A DNA stretch of 64,000 bases from Bugula neritina (lineage: Eukaryota > Animalia > Bryozoa), in the NCBI GenBank assembly GCA_964035545.1, contig OZ037766.1, positions 30,306,573 to 30,370,572 on the forward strand, written 5' to 3'. The notes under the pieces were generated by a model. It was not told the DNA's origin. It worked only from the letters and a program-made list of their open reading frames with translations, and ran no database searches. Both the position numbers and the translations under genes were made by a program. Shown here one piece after another: positions 48,001 through 58,510 of the stretch (its first letter is position 1; each line of letters starts with the position of its first letter).

Positions 48001-50171
48001 CCCACAAACAGGCCCATGCGGGAGCCAGTCGGGTCATCAGATTCCTGCAGATGCGATGGTATTGGCCCGGGATGACCAGGGATGTGCGACTGAGAATTCG
48101 GCACTGTGAAGTCTGTCAGGCCAGCAAACACGGACGCCCCACCGAAACCACGGGTCGGCGCCGGCTATACGCCGGCCGGCCTTGGCAGGTCGTGGCGGTA
48201 GATCTCGTGGGACCCATGCCCACGACCGAAAGGGGAAACTCTTGGATCTTGGTCCTTACAGACCACTTCACACGATGGGCGGATGCCCTGGCTATCCCCG
48301 ACGCATCGGCACCCACAGTAGCCCGAGTCCTGGACCAGCATGTGTTCTGTTACTTCGGCCTACCGGAACAGATACACACCGACCAGGGCGCTCAATTCCA
48401 ATCACAATTAATGAAAGACCTCTGCCAAGTATGGGGGGTGAACCAGAGCCGGACCACCCCGTATCACCCCCAAGGAAATGGGGTAGTTGAAAGAAACAAC
48501 CGGATGTTGGGTGATGCTCTCCGGAGCCTCTTGTTGGGAAGGAGTCAAGAGGAGTGGGACGTCATGCTACCACAGATTATGCGAGCCTATCGAAGCACCC
48601 CCCACTCCAGCACACAGGAAACACCGAATCTGATGATGTTGGGCCGAGAAACCAGGGTACCAGAACACCTCGCGTACCACATTCCTAACCCAGAATTCCC
48701 AGTACATGAGTACGTGGGAAAGTTAGTCGAAACCATGAAGAAAGCTCATGACGCACTGAGAGAGAAACAGTGGCTGGTACGAACAGAAGATTCCGAGGAG
48801 CCGCCTCTGTATCGCGAAGGGGACTGGGTGTGGATGGTCAGCTACCGCAGGCGGCGCGGACAATCGGCTAAATTACAGCCTAAGTTCGTCGGGCCCTACT
48901 GCGTGGTAGAGGTTTTACCAAACCATACATATCGTGTGGAACGCTCGGGACAGATATCTGTTCAGAACGAGCAGCGGTTGAAACCTTACCACGGAAGCCC
49001 GGAAGCCGCGGGACAGGCACCACCACTGCTGGAACCAGCACGACAGCCCATCTCCCGTGGGAGGAGGAATCAACCCCGAGAGTGGGAAATAATTGTTCGT
49101 GATCCCAGGGAAGTCCAAGACACCTCCGACGCCCCCCCACGGAGCCTGCCACCCGCTCTACACACCCATGATTTACCCAGCCAGACCAACCAACCAGAGA
49201 CACCCACCTCGCTAACACCGGCCCCAGAGGACCTCCCCTTGCCGCCGACGCCTGTCCCAGACGATATACCGCCTCCACCAGACACCCCACATCAACCAAG
49301 CAACCCTACCAACCTCACTCTGGGGAGAGGAAAAAGAGACAAGAAACCGCCGGGTTATTTGGCTGATTATCACGTGGGGTGCATGACTGAACTTCACCCT
49401 TCGAATCATTACACCCAACTGGACTCGAATTCAGACTGTCACCTCAGATCAACCATAAACACACTGACTACCCAAGAAAATCAAGACCGAAATTCGGAGG
49501 CGGCCCGACACCCGGAGTTGTCTAATTTAATTGACCACTTGACCAGTCACGTGATCGGCGATCGCACGAGTTTTAAAATTAAAAATCAAAACTCGGCCAT
49601 TTGCACTTCAACTTTGAACGATACAGCACGCTATTTTAAACTCAATTTGAAAAATTTGACAAATATGGAGCCTGTGACAAGTAAACAAACCCAGCTCGCT
49701 ACGATATCAGGTATTTCTAGCTTACTAAAACCTCCCTTCACGGAGTGTAGTAGCTCTCTAGACTCATTTTCACCCGACTATCAGTGGGAAAATGAGCTGT
49801 TCTTTGATCACAAAGGTCAGGACGATTTAGAAGAGTCCCCAGTCCACGACTACCTGCTAGACCAGGAGGTTGGACGGGTGTCTCTTCGGCTATCACCTGA
49901 CCTACCCATGTGTCAAAGAGTGCCTTACAAGGAGATGCCGAAATTCGGCACTCTTACGGCCAGGTCACCAAGCTCTCTGTTTTCTATTGCAGAAGCCATG
50001 GAATGTGAGGAGGTCGGGTCGAGTCGTATCGACTCCCCGGCCACCACAGTTCCCGACCCGGCTGTTACCAGCCCGCCCGAGGTTCCAGCACCAGAGCCTA
50101 CGCTCACCACCCAGCCGGAAGCAGGTACCCCCCCTCCAGCCGACGGCTCCCCGTCCGGTGAGGCCCCTTAG
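44982..50171 (+). CDS. pol: Pol polyprotein (protease, RT, RNase H, integrase) in -1 frame to gag, with long C-terminal extension
   Basis: Frame open from 44982 (first ATG 45045). LLDTGC protease, YLDD RT, DTDAS RNase H, HHCC (HKQAH...CEVC), DLVG / DQGAQF / VERNNR DDE integrase, PKFVGPY GPY/F motif. Confidence 0.96.
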   Translation, partial: HPGLAVTSANREPPANPIQEEMTQGAFSRPAEAAWRRRRPQGLPDSPTQPPTTRMGLLDAGWQAPRRSRRPQGLPDPPAWPLQNRFAGLPEEAVEEDSAYSREYPKLPSQPQKTPVVCRTKRRPAVRTQEVSPPETDRPRSTQPYGSSYFLPGKISGKAATFLLDTGCTTNLLSRRLFDTLGARERASLEPYEGAHGTLADGSCIPFYGIITLPGRVRDQVIHETFIVSHLKEDAILGMPFLEKHQCHMGFQKSAVVMAGKELACVDKFGRPLVGGVQVVQDCTIPGRSQATLRCRVNCKEIAALGVVEGTHGAIRLANSLNRLDCRRELLVQCINPFAESVRLSAGALVGKYHSIHEADVGPALETVSDTQGNPPHNHREAVPEHVAGLYSGACGNCTSSTERQTLAQLLAEYSDVFSRGDEDMGLTKVISHEIPLAAGTTPIRQPTRRLGPEKEKEVSWQVQDLLDRDLIEPAHGAWSSPVVLVKKKDGSWRFCVDYRRLNSVTIQDAYPLPRIDESLDALAGSKYFSTLDLLSGYWQVPLSPDAQDKAAFITRDGLWKWKVLPFGLTSAPATFQRLMEQVLSGLHWKTLLIYLDDVIVISPDFTTHVSRLREVFDRLRAAGLKLKPSKCALLQQEVTYLGHVVGRDGVATDPEKVQAVKEWAVPRDLSELRAFLGLVGYYRQYVPGFAGVAQPLNRLTAKGVRWQWTQEEQQAFDHLKQRLMEAPILAFPDPAKEYILDTDASDHSVGAVLSQVQGGSEVVVAYYSKTLAAAEKNYCTTRKELLAVVKAVKHFRPYLYGRTFRLRTDHASLIWLCKRAEPSSQVARWLEILAEFSYRIEHRAGKKHGNADGMSRRPVENCKQCLHIERRDGGPARLDVEAQLGDGNVYRWEHGHLRPETHSDDVQALRANPTLYQNVKELCRLQETLPGSVADIFRAKKEGRRPSKEQQRQGDAEFQFFCRRWNSLQIRLDGLLTMTLAADNRQQERDRVICPRALRREIIWDTHKQAHAGASRVIRFLQMRWYWPGMTRDVRLRIRHCEVCQASKHGRPTETTGRRRLYAGRPWQVVAVDLVGPMPTTERGNSWILVLTDHFTRWADALAIPDASAPTVARVLDQHVFCYFGLPEQIHTDQGAQFQSQLMKDLCQVWGVNQSRTTPYHPQGNGVVERNNRMLGDALRSLLLGRSQEEWDVMLPQIMRAYRSTPHSSTQETPNLMMLGRETRVPEHLAYHIPNPEFPVHEYVGKLVETMKKAHDALREKQWLVRTEDSEEPPLYREGDWVWMVSYRRRRGQSAKLQPKFVGPYCVVEVLPNHTYRVERSGQISVQNEQRLKPYHGSPEAAGQAPPLLEPARQPISRGRRNQPREWEIIVRDPREVQDTSDAPPRSLPPALHTHDLPSQTNQPETPTSLTPAPEDLPLPPTPVPDDIPPPPDTPHQPSNPTNLTLGRGKRDKKPPGYLADYHVGCMTELHPSNHYTQLDSNSDCHLRSTINTLTTQENQDRNSEAARHPELSNLIDHLTSHVIGDRTSFKIKNQNSAICTSTLNDTARYFKLNLKNLTNMEPVTSKQTQLATISGISSLLKPPFTECSSSLDSFSPDYQWENELFFDHKGQDDLEESPVHDYLLDQEVGRVSLRLSPDLPMCQRVPYKEMPKFGTLTARSPSSLFSIAEAMECEEVGSSRIDSPATTVPDPAVTSPPEVPAPEPTLTTQPEAGTPPPADGSPSGEAP

Positions 50172-50879
50172 TTGAAGGACGAGCCTCCTTACCAGCAGCT
50201 AGCTCTCCCCCACATTTTGACGGAGCGCCTCCACTGGACCACGGCAGAGACCCGTGCTAGGATAGAGCAGGACTGTGGAGAGGCCGGCAACTGCAAGTGC
50301 CGCCAGTGTAGTAAAAGGTTTACTACTACCAGGCGACTGCGGGTGCACGTGCCCCAACATTATGCCAACGTCTTCTGCCCGTGTGGCGAATTCTCTTTTC
50401 AAAGAGATTACGTGCTGAGGCACCAGCGCATAGCCCGCTGCCACACGGGTCAGGTGTTTGTTGTCGACGAGGTGACATTTCCCGAATTCCGGGACTTGAT
50501 TCTCCCTCACATCGGTGACCCCCATAAACGGGCGACACTCGCCCAGGGATTTCCGGCATGCCGCCCAACACAGGATGCTACTGACGACGAGGCACCACCC
50601 GCGGCCCAGCCAGCTGTCACCCGACCTCTCCGGGTTGTGTTGGCTAGGGTCGACGGGAATGGAGAGAGAGCCCAGCAGGTAGCCGGCCACAAGAGACGGA
50701 GGCGCCAGGACCCTAGGATCCCGGGTTCCACCCCTACCCCAGCAGTGCCAGCACGATGCCCCCATGAGACTGAGGTTCTCCGGCTGCGCCGGCAGGTACG
50801 CCGGCTGGAGGATGACCTCCACGCTGTTCGCCGCCGCCTGGACAGGCTCGAGGGCCGCAGAGGTGACCGTCGCAACTGA
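49998..50879 (+). CDS. ORF3: tandem zinc-finger, Arg-rich, coiled-coil accessory protein (in pol frame; interrupted by TAG at 50169-50171)
   Basis: Acceptor-like CTCTCTGTTTTCTATTGCAG (AG 49991-49992), then GCCATGG. Contains C-x2-C-x12-H-x3-H, C-x-C-x12-H-x5-CH, HKRRRR and C-terminal heptads. Homolog at 63297-64000. Confidence 0.75.
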
Positions 50880-51035
50880 AAGGCTACTCTACCACTACTC
50901 ATGACAATCAGCCTGCTCAAACCTGTACTACCTTTATATTTTCTTTATTTTTCTTTGTAAACTGTGCACCCCTAGATATTGTTTTTTTTATATTGTATAT
51001 TTGTTTTTTTTTGTATCGGAAAGAGATACTTTCCA

Positions 51036-51047
51036 ATAGGGGGTGTG
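51036..51047 (+). other. Polypurine tract of element 1
   Basis: AATAGGGGGTGTG immediately 5' of the 3' LTR. Confidence 0.75.
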
Positions 51048-51458
51048 TGTTGTAGATTCGCGCAAATATACCATGTCCTTTTTTTTATTTAGAGTTATAT
51101 TCCCTCGCACTCGTTTTCTTTTTTTTATTATTATTATATGTAAACCGAGACTCGTGCGAAGTCGGAGGCCGAAGACACGATATCAGAGGGGCCTGCCCGA
51201 GATCGGGCAGGTCTTCCTCCGATGTCGGTCGGCGGAACTCCGACGTTCGCACGAGTTTCGGTCTCTCATTAAGTGGCGGGAATTCCCCCCTATATAAGTG
51301 CGAAGTTTTTCCAAAGCAATTCATTCTTGTACTGGAGCTCGAAGCAGTCAGAAGTAATAAATACTCATAGATTCATTTTAATCAAGACTCTTTATTTCTA
51401 TCACAATAACTGGCATGCAGACTACTAGTCTATTCTTATAATCCACAAAATCACAACA
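51048..51458 (+). repeat. 3' LTR of element 1
   Basis: 411 bp; the only difference I found from the 5' LTR is G43731 vs A51185. Confidence 0.97.
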
Positions 51459-52465
51459 GTATTACTAAATAAAATAAAAAAATCAAAATAATTACCACCC
51501 ATAATTATACACACTGTCCACACTGTAAATGTCTAAAACGAATAGCTAATGGGCCTGAGGAACTTCTATAACCTTTACCTTGAATGTTTGCAAGGGCAGG
51601 TGTTCCATGTCTTTTAAGGCACTATTAGTATTGCTATTACTATTAGTATTACAAATATATCAATTACAATATGAATATTATTAATTATTAAGATTATCAC
51701 CATCACATGTTGATGTTTATGTATTAAATTTAATATTACTATTATGAGTATTAGTATTGGTATTACTATTAGTATTACTATTAGTAATTAAAATTACAAT
51801 TTGAATTTACCTTAAACTTACTCTTACTCTGACAATAACTCTTAGTCTTAGTCATGTTTACAATCATAATGATAATGATAATGTTTGCCGCTTAGACCTA
51901 TAAATATAATACTAGTCTAATACTAATACTAATAGTAATACTAATAGACATAGTAATAGTAATATTTATACTTAATCTTAATCTTAATCTTATACTTATA
52001 GTTATACTTATAGTTATAGTAATGCTAATTTTATAAATTATAGCTGAACTCATCAGTCAATGTCATCAACTTCAAGTGCTCATGATGAAGAAGATGGTTA
52101 TGATCAGCATCATTTATGATTATACATTATGATTATGATTATCGTCATCACCATTGAGTTTGACCATCGTCATGAAGCTCAGACTGACAAAATGAAAATG
52201 AAAATGAACACGATTAAACATTTAGCAATAAATATTTAAACAAGTTTAACTTGCACCCAGCGGTTGCTGCACTGTCTGTTGTAGCTATCAGCATTACTAT
52301 TAGCATTGTACTGATAATAAACAGTAAATTATCATTTTCATTTTATGATTATAATTTATGCGACAGCCTGCAGGAGGCTAAGCACATAACGAAACTGACA
52401 GCCGGAACCGGGGCTCCGATGTCCGTCGCATGTACACGACTCGGAAAATGAAGACATGGAAGCTT

Positions 52466-52510
52466 GTTTATAGAGTTATCCCACTAAAAGATGAAGATAA
52501 CTCTATAAAC
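52466..52510. repeat. Perfect 15-bp inverted repeat with 15-bp spacer
   Basis: GTTTATAGAGTTATC-N15-GATAACTCTATAAAC. Confidence 0.85.
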
Positions 52511-55500
52511 CAACTATAAGGTTACGTTGCGAAAACCGATCAACTTCGCAGCAATGCAAGTTGGTTCTAATGTGGACGTACAGTATTTATTAGGTTCTAC
52601 CATAATGGTTTTGCTGGTGATTTGGGTTAAATGCATTAATCACCTACTACGATATTCTCATGGCAGCAAAATAGAGGACTGCAAAAACAAGCAACTAAAT
52701 GCAATCTTATAATACACAAGCCTCAATTATAAAGGGTAATGGTGTATAGTCTGTGAAGTTATTATTGTATGTTCTGCCCATTACACAAAATATGTAAAAT
52801 TATATGTTACCTAATCCTTTACAGTAACCAGTAAGCTTCATTTGGCCTATACTGCACCTCCAGTAAGTTTAATCTCTTGTAATACACCTGCAGCACTCAA
52901 GTCATCACATCTTGTGACCTAGCTCTATTAATTTGTAGTTTAATTATGAAGGCACACCTTCGTTTCTTTTTGAATACCTGATAATATATACATGCATGTA
53001 CATGTCTAATTCTATGTGCGGTTTAGAACTGCAGATTTATTGTATTTCAGAGACATAGCGTAACATGTTTAACAAATATACATTTTATGCTAGCTGCTAA
53101 TAGTATGCTACAAGAAAAGGAAATTATTGTTAATGACTTGTAAAATTAACCTCTCTCAATGCATATTTTGCAATGAATAGCCATTATAATATATTATAAG
53201 TCAACATGCAACACAACGGGCTTTTACATTTTGTTGCTATATATTGAAACTGAGATAAAATTGTTGTGCTGAATATCTGGATACAAGCTGTCTACAATTT
53301 AGCACTTTGGGATATGAACTAGTAGCAGTTTAGCAACCAGTTGTCAAAAATAACACAAATTAACGTGTTTTAACCTTTAACTTTTAACAAGTTAATCTAG
53401 ATAGTACAGGTGTCCCTTGTTTAATTCTGTCAAACAAGCAATTAGTAATTAGTAATTAGCTTTTATAAATTTTTATCAACGGTTGAAGAAAATTATAAAA
53501 AAGTATTTTCATACCGTAATCAAATTTATTTAAAAACTTTTAGTAATAAAGCATAATATATAATTACTATATTGAAACATATCAAGTGTAATAAAATTAT
53601 TTAAATGATTTTGGTCTTAGAATCATATCCTGTAAAAAACTACATTTCATATAAATCATATTATCAGCGCAAATTAAAAATTATTTCTGTATAATTTATG
53701 ATAAACATCAGGTGTATAGCATTCTATAAAAATAGTAAGCTAGTGCAAATTATTAAAAGTAGCGTTATAAAAAATGTTACATGATTGGTCAGAGATAATA
53801 GAAATAATTTATATATAATGAAAGCAAATAAAAAGGATGAAATTATAGCGAACAAATTTAAGGAGTTAAATATAAATATTCAAACCACATATTTATAGTA
53901 AAATCAAAAGAACTGGTCCCCCTGGGACAACTTTGTCAGATCAGAGAATACACAGTACTTTATATTTTTGCAAAGTAGATACTGCACAGCAACTTGATGT
54001 ATTTACAGAATGATATGCTAATAGTGGTTATGATTGGAACTAATGGTTTGAATATATGTGCATAGCTTAAAAGTTTTAGTAAAGCAGTGGAAAAGAAACT
54101 CAAACTTTATCATAGCCTTGCAAAATTTTACTAGGGTAGACTCCAGCATGGCTTTGCAAAATAATTTACCAGGTATATAGAAATAGTTTTCTACGTAGCA
54201 AATACTTATTTTTATTGACAAAAAAGGAAACAATACAACGGATGCACCCTCATTAGGAGGTTTGCATCCTTATAAGGACCAACATCAAGATAGGAAAAAA
54301 ATGTTTATTTTATGAGATCGGAAATGTTAAGGCAGTTGCATCTTCATTAAGACCTACATTAAGACTGAAAAATTATTTGCTAATGTACATAATAGAAATA
54401 TCAAATAGCCTCATTGCTATGAAGCTTGCAAGAGCTGTGGGAATATTTTCACTAAAGTTAGAAGTAGAATTTCTATTAGTTATGTCATAAGTTGTTAAGC
54501 TGAAGTGTTAATATATATATGTATCATTATTTTCAGAAAATTCTTTAAAAAAAAGCTATATCCTTGATGGAAGGCATGATTATACATATACTGTCCTTTG
54601 TGTTTAATTCTTACTTCTGTACTTTACAAGTTATGAGATATTCTGTCAGCTCGCTAGGATATGGCTTTGGCGATGCTAAGGTTTGTTTGAGATTTCCAGT
54701 AAGATGGCTGTTGCAACAGGTTGATGCAATTATAAATTCTTCTATCTGCTCCACCACGGTATGTAGACTACAGTTTATCTACAACATTCAAGAAAGAATA
54801 TAAAGTACATTCAAAAGTTATATGATGCATGAGGCCCAGTAATTGAGTGAAGTTAAAAGTTCAAATGTACAAGTTTTGAGTAAGTTAAATATTTGGTCTT
54901 GCATAGAAATTGCTTGATGCATTAATTAATATATATGATACATGGTTTTATAGCTTCTTTTAGATAGTGCAAATAGTATTATTTAGTAGTGTGGCTTTTA
55001 GATAAATAATTGTGTTAGGATAGCACCACATGCCATGATCACGTGTTGAAATTTGTAATATTTACTTAAAGTAAAACATTAATTGATGAACAAATGGAGA
55101 TGAATAAAAAAGCTGAAACATATGACAGATGCTGTTCATAAATAGAGATACACATATGTATATGTGTAAATATTTGTTTACACCAACATATAGATGATAT
55201 AATGTTTTAAATGCTTAATAAATTATTTGACATTGATCAGCCCGTTACAAAGGTCAACACGTGAGCATCGGGTGATACATTTTATCATATTAAAGTTTTA
55301 AATGTTATTCTTTAGATTAAGAATTACTGTACAATCAATGATGATATAAGCCTACAACATACAAGAAATGAGCCAACAATAATAGATCCTTCTTACGTCA
55401 ATCCCTATCTTAAGCTGTAAAGCTGCCAACATACCTGGCCAAGTTCTACGTCAGTCTGCCACCGGTTTTTATTGGCCAGTTATTGTCGGTATCCGTAAAA

Positions 55501-55944
55501 TCTGAACCATTGCCAAGAAGATTTAGTATAAAAGGAGCCGAATTTCTGAAAATAGAAGAGAAGGATGAAAAATGGAGAAGATATGGATGGAAATTGGAGG
55601 AAGTATTGGATGAAGATATTATAGAAGATAAAGGCAGCTAAGGACAATCGGAGCATAGGAAATATAGTAGCAGTAATAATTATATTAAGTGTTAGAAGGA
55701 GCGACAGGAAAAAGCTGACTGACTAATACAAACACTAACAAATATATTGGTTGCAGTAAGTAATATTACAACTTCATGCTTAAGGGTATCGTAACTTCTT
55801 TATTATTTGAACTAATAAGTGTATTAATTTTTCTTTTGAAAGCAGCACAAACTTGTTGAAGAAATTTTGTTTGAATTGATCTATTAATTTCTTTTAAGCA
55901 GCATAAATTGTTTGACGAGAAACTGTTGATTTGATTTATTGATT

Positions 55945-56240
55945 TTTGAAACAGCATAAATTTATATTTAAATTGAGGAATTTATTTCTAGTTTACACAA
56001 ATCTATATTTGAAAAATATTTGGATTAAGAAAGTATTTGAATTTTTTAAAAAAAAAAACTGCATAAATTTATATTTGAATTAAGAAATTTGTTTCTAGTC
56101 TGCACAAATTTACATTGAAAAAATATTTGAATTTTAAAGTTGCACAAATTTATACTTGAGAAAATATTTGGATTGAGAAAATATTTGAATTCTAAAGCTG
56201 CACTAATTTATATTGAAGAATTTATTTCAAGGCTGTATGA
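55945..56240. repeat. Degenerate tandem repeat (GCAYAAATTTATATTTGAA...AAATATTTGRATT units)
   Basis: At least five related ~40-60 bp units are visible. Confidence 0.75.
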
Positions 56241-57659
56241 GTTTATGTTAAAGCATATATTTTGATATTGATGTTCTAATTACAATTTTCATTGTGCATT
56301 TAATTTTGTATAAGCCTTTTCTATCCCAATTGTCAAACTTAGCTATTTATGTTGCTAGTATAACACAGCAAGATTTCAAAGGGTCGCTAGGACAATCTTT
56401 GTTTTGGTTCATTCTTGTAATATATTTTGCTGTTGTGATTTGCTTGCTTTGTCATTATCATTAAATAGATATATTATATATATTATACAACACGCACATA
56501 CATTATAATTTCAATTCTTCTGGGGGAGCAAATCCCAAATTTGTCTCACAGAATATTAGCCTGAGTGCTAACCATTACACAATATACATAAAACCGCATA
56601 TACACATTACTACATGATTTCCAAACCATAATATTCGTCGAGCAAAGATAACTCTTATCTTTAAATAATTAACTGCAAAATTATATAGAAATTTTGAAAC
56701 TAAAAGCTAATGAATAACTTCGCTTCATTGTAACTGACCAGTCTGACTAAATTAGAAGTTCAATTTTAATCGATTCAAAATTAATAATTTAGCTACAAAT
56801 TACAAATTTTACCCAAAATTTATAAAATTTAATTTATTTTAAATTTTTGTTCGACAACTTGAATCAATAAAAGCCTGATCCCTTATTAAAGCAGGGAACC
56901 TTTCAATTAGCACTCATCACATGGCTGTGATTTAAGTCAGTGGTAAATACTTGATACTTAAGTTTCTTAAATATATTTAAATACATTTGTTACTAATATA
57001 ATTTGCAATGCAGCTGACTGTTATCCAGAGTATTATTAACTAGACATTATATCAACAGCATGATTCAAAATTAACAAAAAGGAATCCACACTTATAGTGT
57101 GATGTAATGACAGACTCGTAAACAATAAACAGATGGAATCCATGACATAATACCAAACTGCTAGTCATGTTGGCTATCACCCTAAAAAGTAGCAGCATAC
57201 AATAAAACATGAGCCATATTGTGGTGGCCAGTGAAGTGTACTCGTGTGCACGTGCTACCCAGCCAATAAGGTGGGATCACGTAAGAGCCCCCCCCCCCCC
57301 CGGCGAAGCAGGGGAACGGAAGAGGCGAGTCAGTTAGTTAGAGTGTAACGAAGTAAACCCATGTGATTACGAGTTGTATTTTGTACTTGATACTGGATGT
57401 ATCTTTCTTGTAAATAAACTATATTGGTATGCTTTATCTGGCGGAGTATTGCTTAGGAGTAAATAGATCTTCTTAGTGCATAACAACAGAACCCACTCAC
57501 ATTATAATTGCAAAATTATAACAGTGGTGGCAGCGGTGGGATTTCTGACTTGTGGCAATGCAAAGATCTGAACAGCGCTAACATCATGCACCATAGCAGA
57601 AGGACCAGCTCAACACATAGAAGGTAAGCTAGACATTGCTGTAGCCCCTGAGGCTCCCG

Positions 57660-58510
57660 TATTACAAGAGGAAGAGGCCTACAGGTACCGCCTGAAGGCC
57701 CCTGGTTTCACTGGCTTGGAAGACGTGGGACAGTTTATCCAAGCGTTCAGTGAGGTTATCGACATCAGTCAATGGCCACCCCGGGTAGCCTTGATCCAGT
57801 TATGGATGGCACTAACAGAACAGACCAAACCGTACGGACTGGGAACCAGCGTAGACGGGATCTTCGCTGCGCTGCGAGCCCGTTTCCGCATCTCCGTTGT
57901 GGATGCCAGGGCCTGTCTCCAAGGGTTGCGCCGCGAAGCGCGCCCCCCCCCTCTTCAAGACCACGCTACGATGGTGAAAAGGCTGGCACAGATTGCGTAT
58001 AGCGACTTGCCAGAGGTACACCGAGAGCGTTATACTTATGACGCCTTTGTGCAATCTCTCGATGATTTGGGTCTCCACCATCAGCTACAAGCAAGAGGGG
58101 TGACTACAATAGAGGACGCCCTGCGCGAAGGCAAGGCATATCTGCTGGTCAAGCAGCTACATAGAGCTCACTTGAGCTCTCAAGAAGTCACTGTAGAACC
58201 TAAGGAAAATCACCACAAGCCAGGCCACTTAACCCAAGTGGCTACCACCACCACCCACTCCCCCTTAGAGGCAAAGGTAGACTGCATGGCAGACATGTTG
58301 GAGAAGCTGGTGGCGGTCCTAGCCCGTTCAAACCCAACGGAGCTCGCTTGAAGACCTTTGCGGTCGAAGGTGAATCCCTCAAGGTTGACTGCCCTGTGCT
58401 GGGGATGCGGCGGCCGAGGACATCTCCGCACAAGCTGTCCGCAATATAACAAGGGGTTAAACTTCCATGGCCCGCGGACGCCCTCAAACCCCGCGGGCCA
58501 AAAATGAAGG
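57660..58510 (+). pseudogene. gag: Element 2 gag (disrupted)
   Basis: YRYRLKAPGF...FIQAFSEV aligns to element 1 Gag. TGA at 58349-58351 precedes the in-frame knuckle CWGCGGRGHLRTSC. Confidence 0.85.

Larger units (their letters stand above)
43594..51458 (+). mobile_element. Full-length, very recent Ty3/Gypsy LTR retrotransposon (element 1)
   Basis: Two 411-bp TGTTGT...ACAACA LTRs, GTAT TSD (43590-43593 and 51459-51462), PBS, PPT, gag and pol in PR-RT-RH-IN order, plus an extra ORF. Confidence 0.97.

Noticed and set aside
50172-50879. ORF3 as an env gene
   Set aside because: No signal peptide, TM anchor or fusion-peptide layout; zinc fingers and a basic patch indicate an intracellular protein.
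50199-50920. Antisense ORFs (207 aa, 137 aa) and other short overlapping ORFs across both elements
   Set aside because: Expected shadows of GC-rich coding sequence; no counterpart seen between the two elements.
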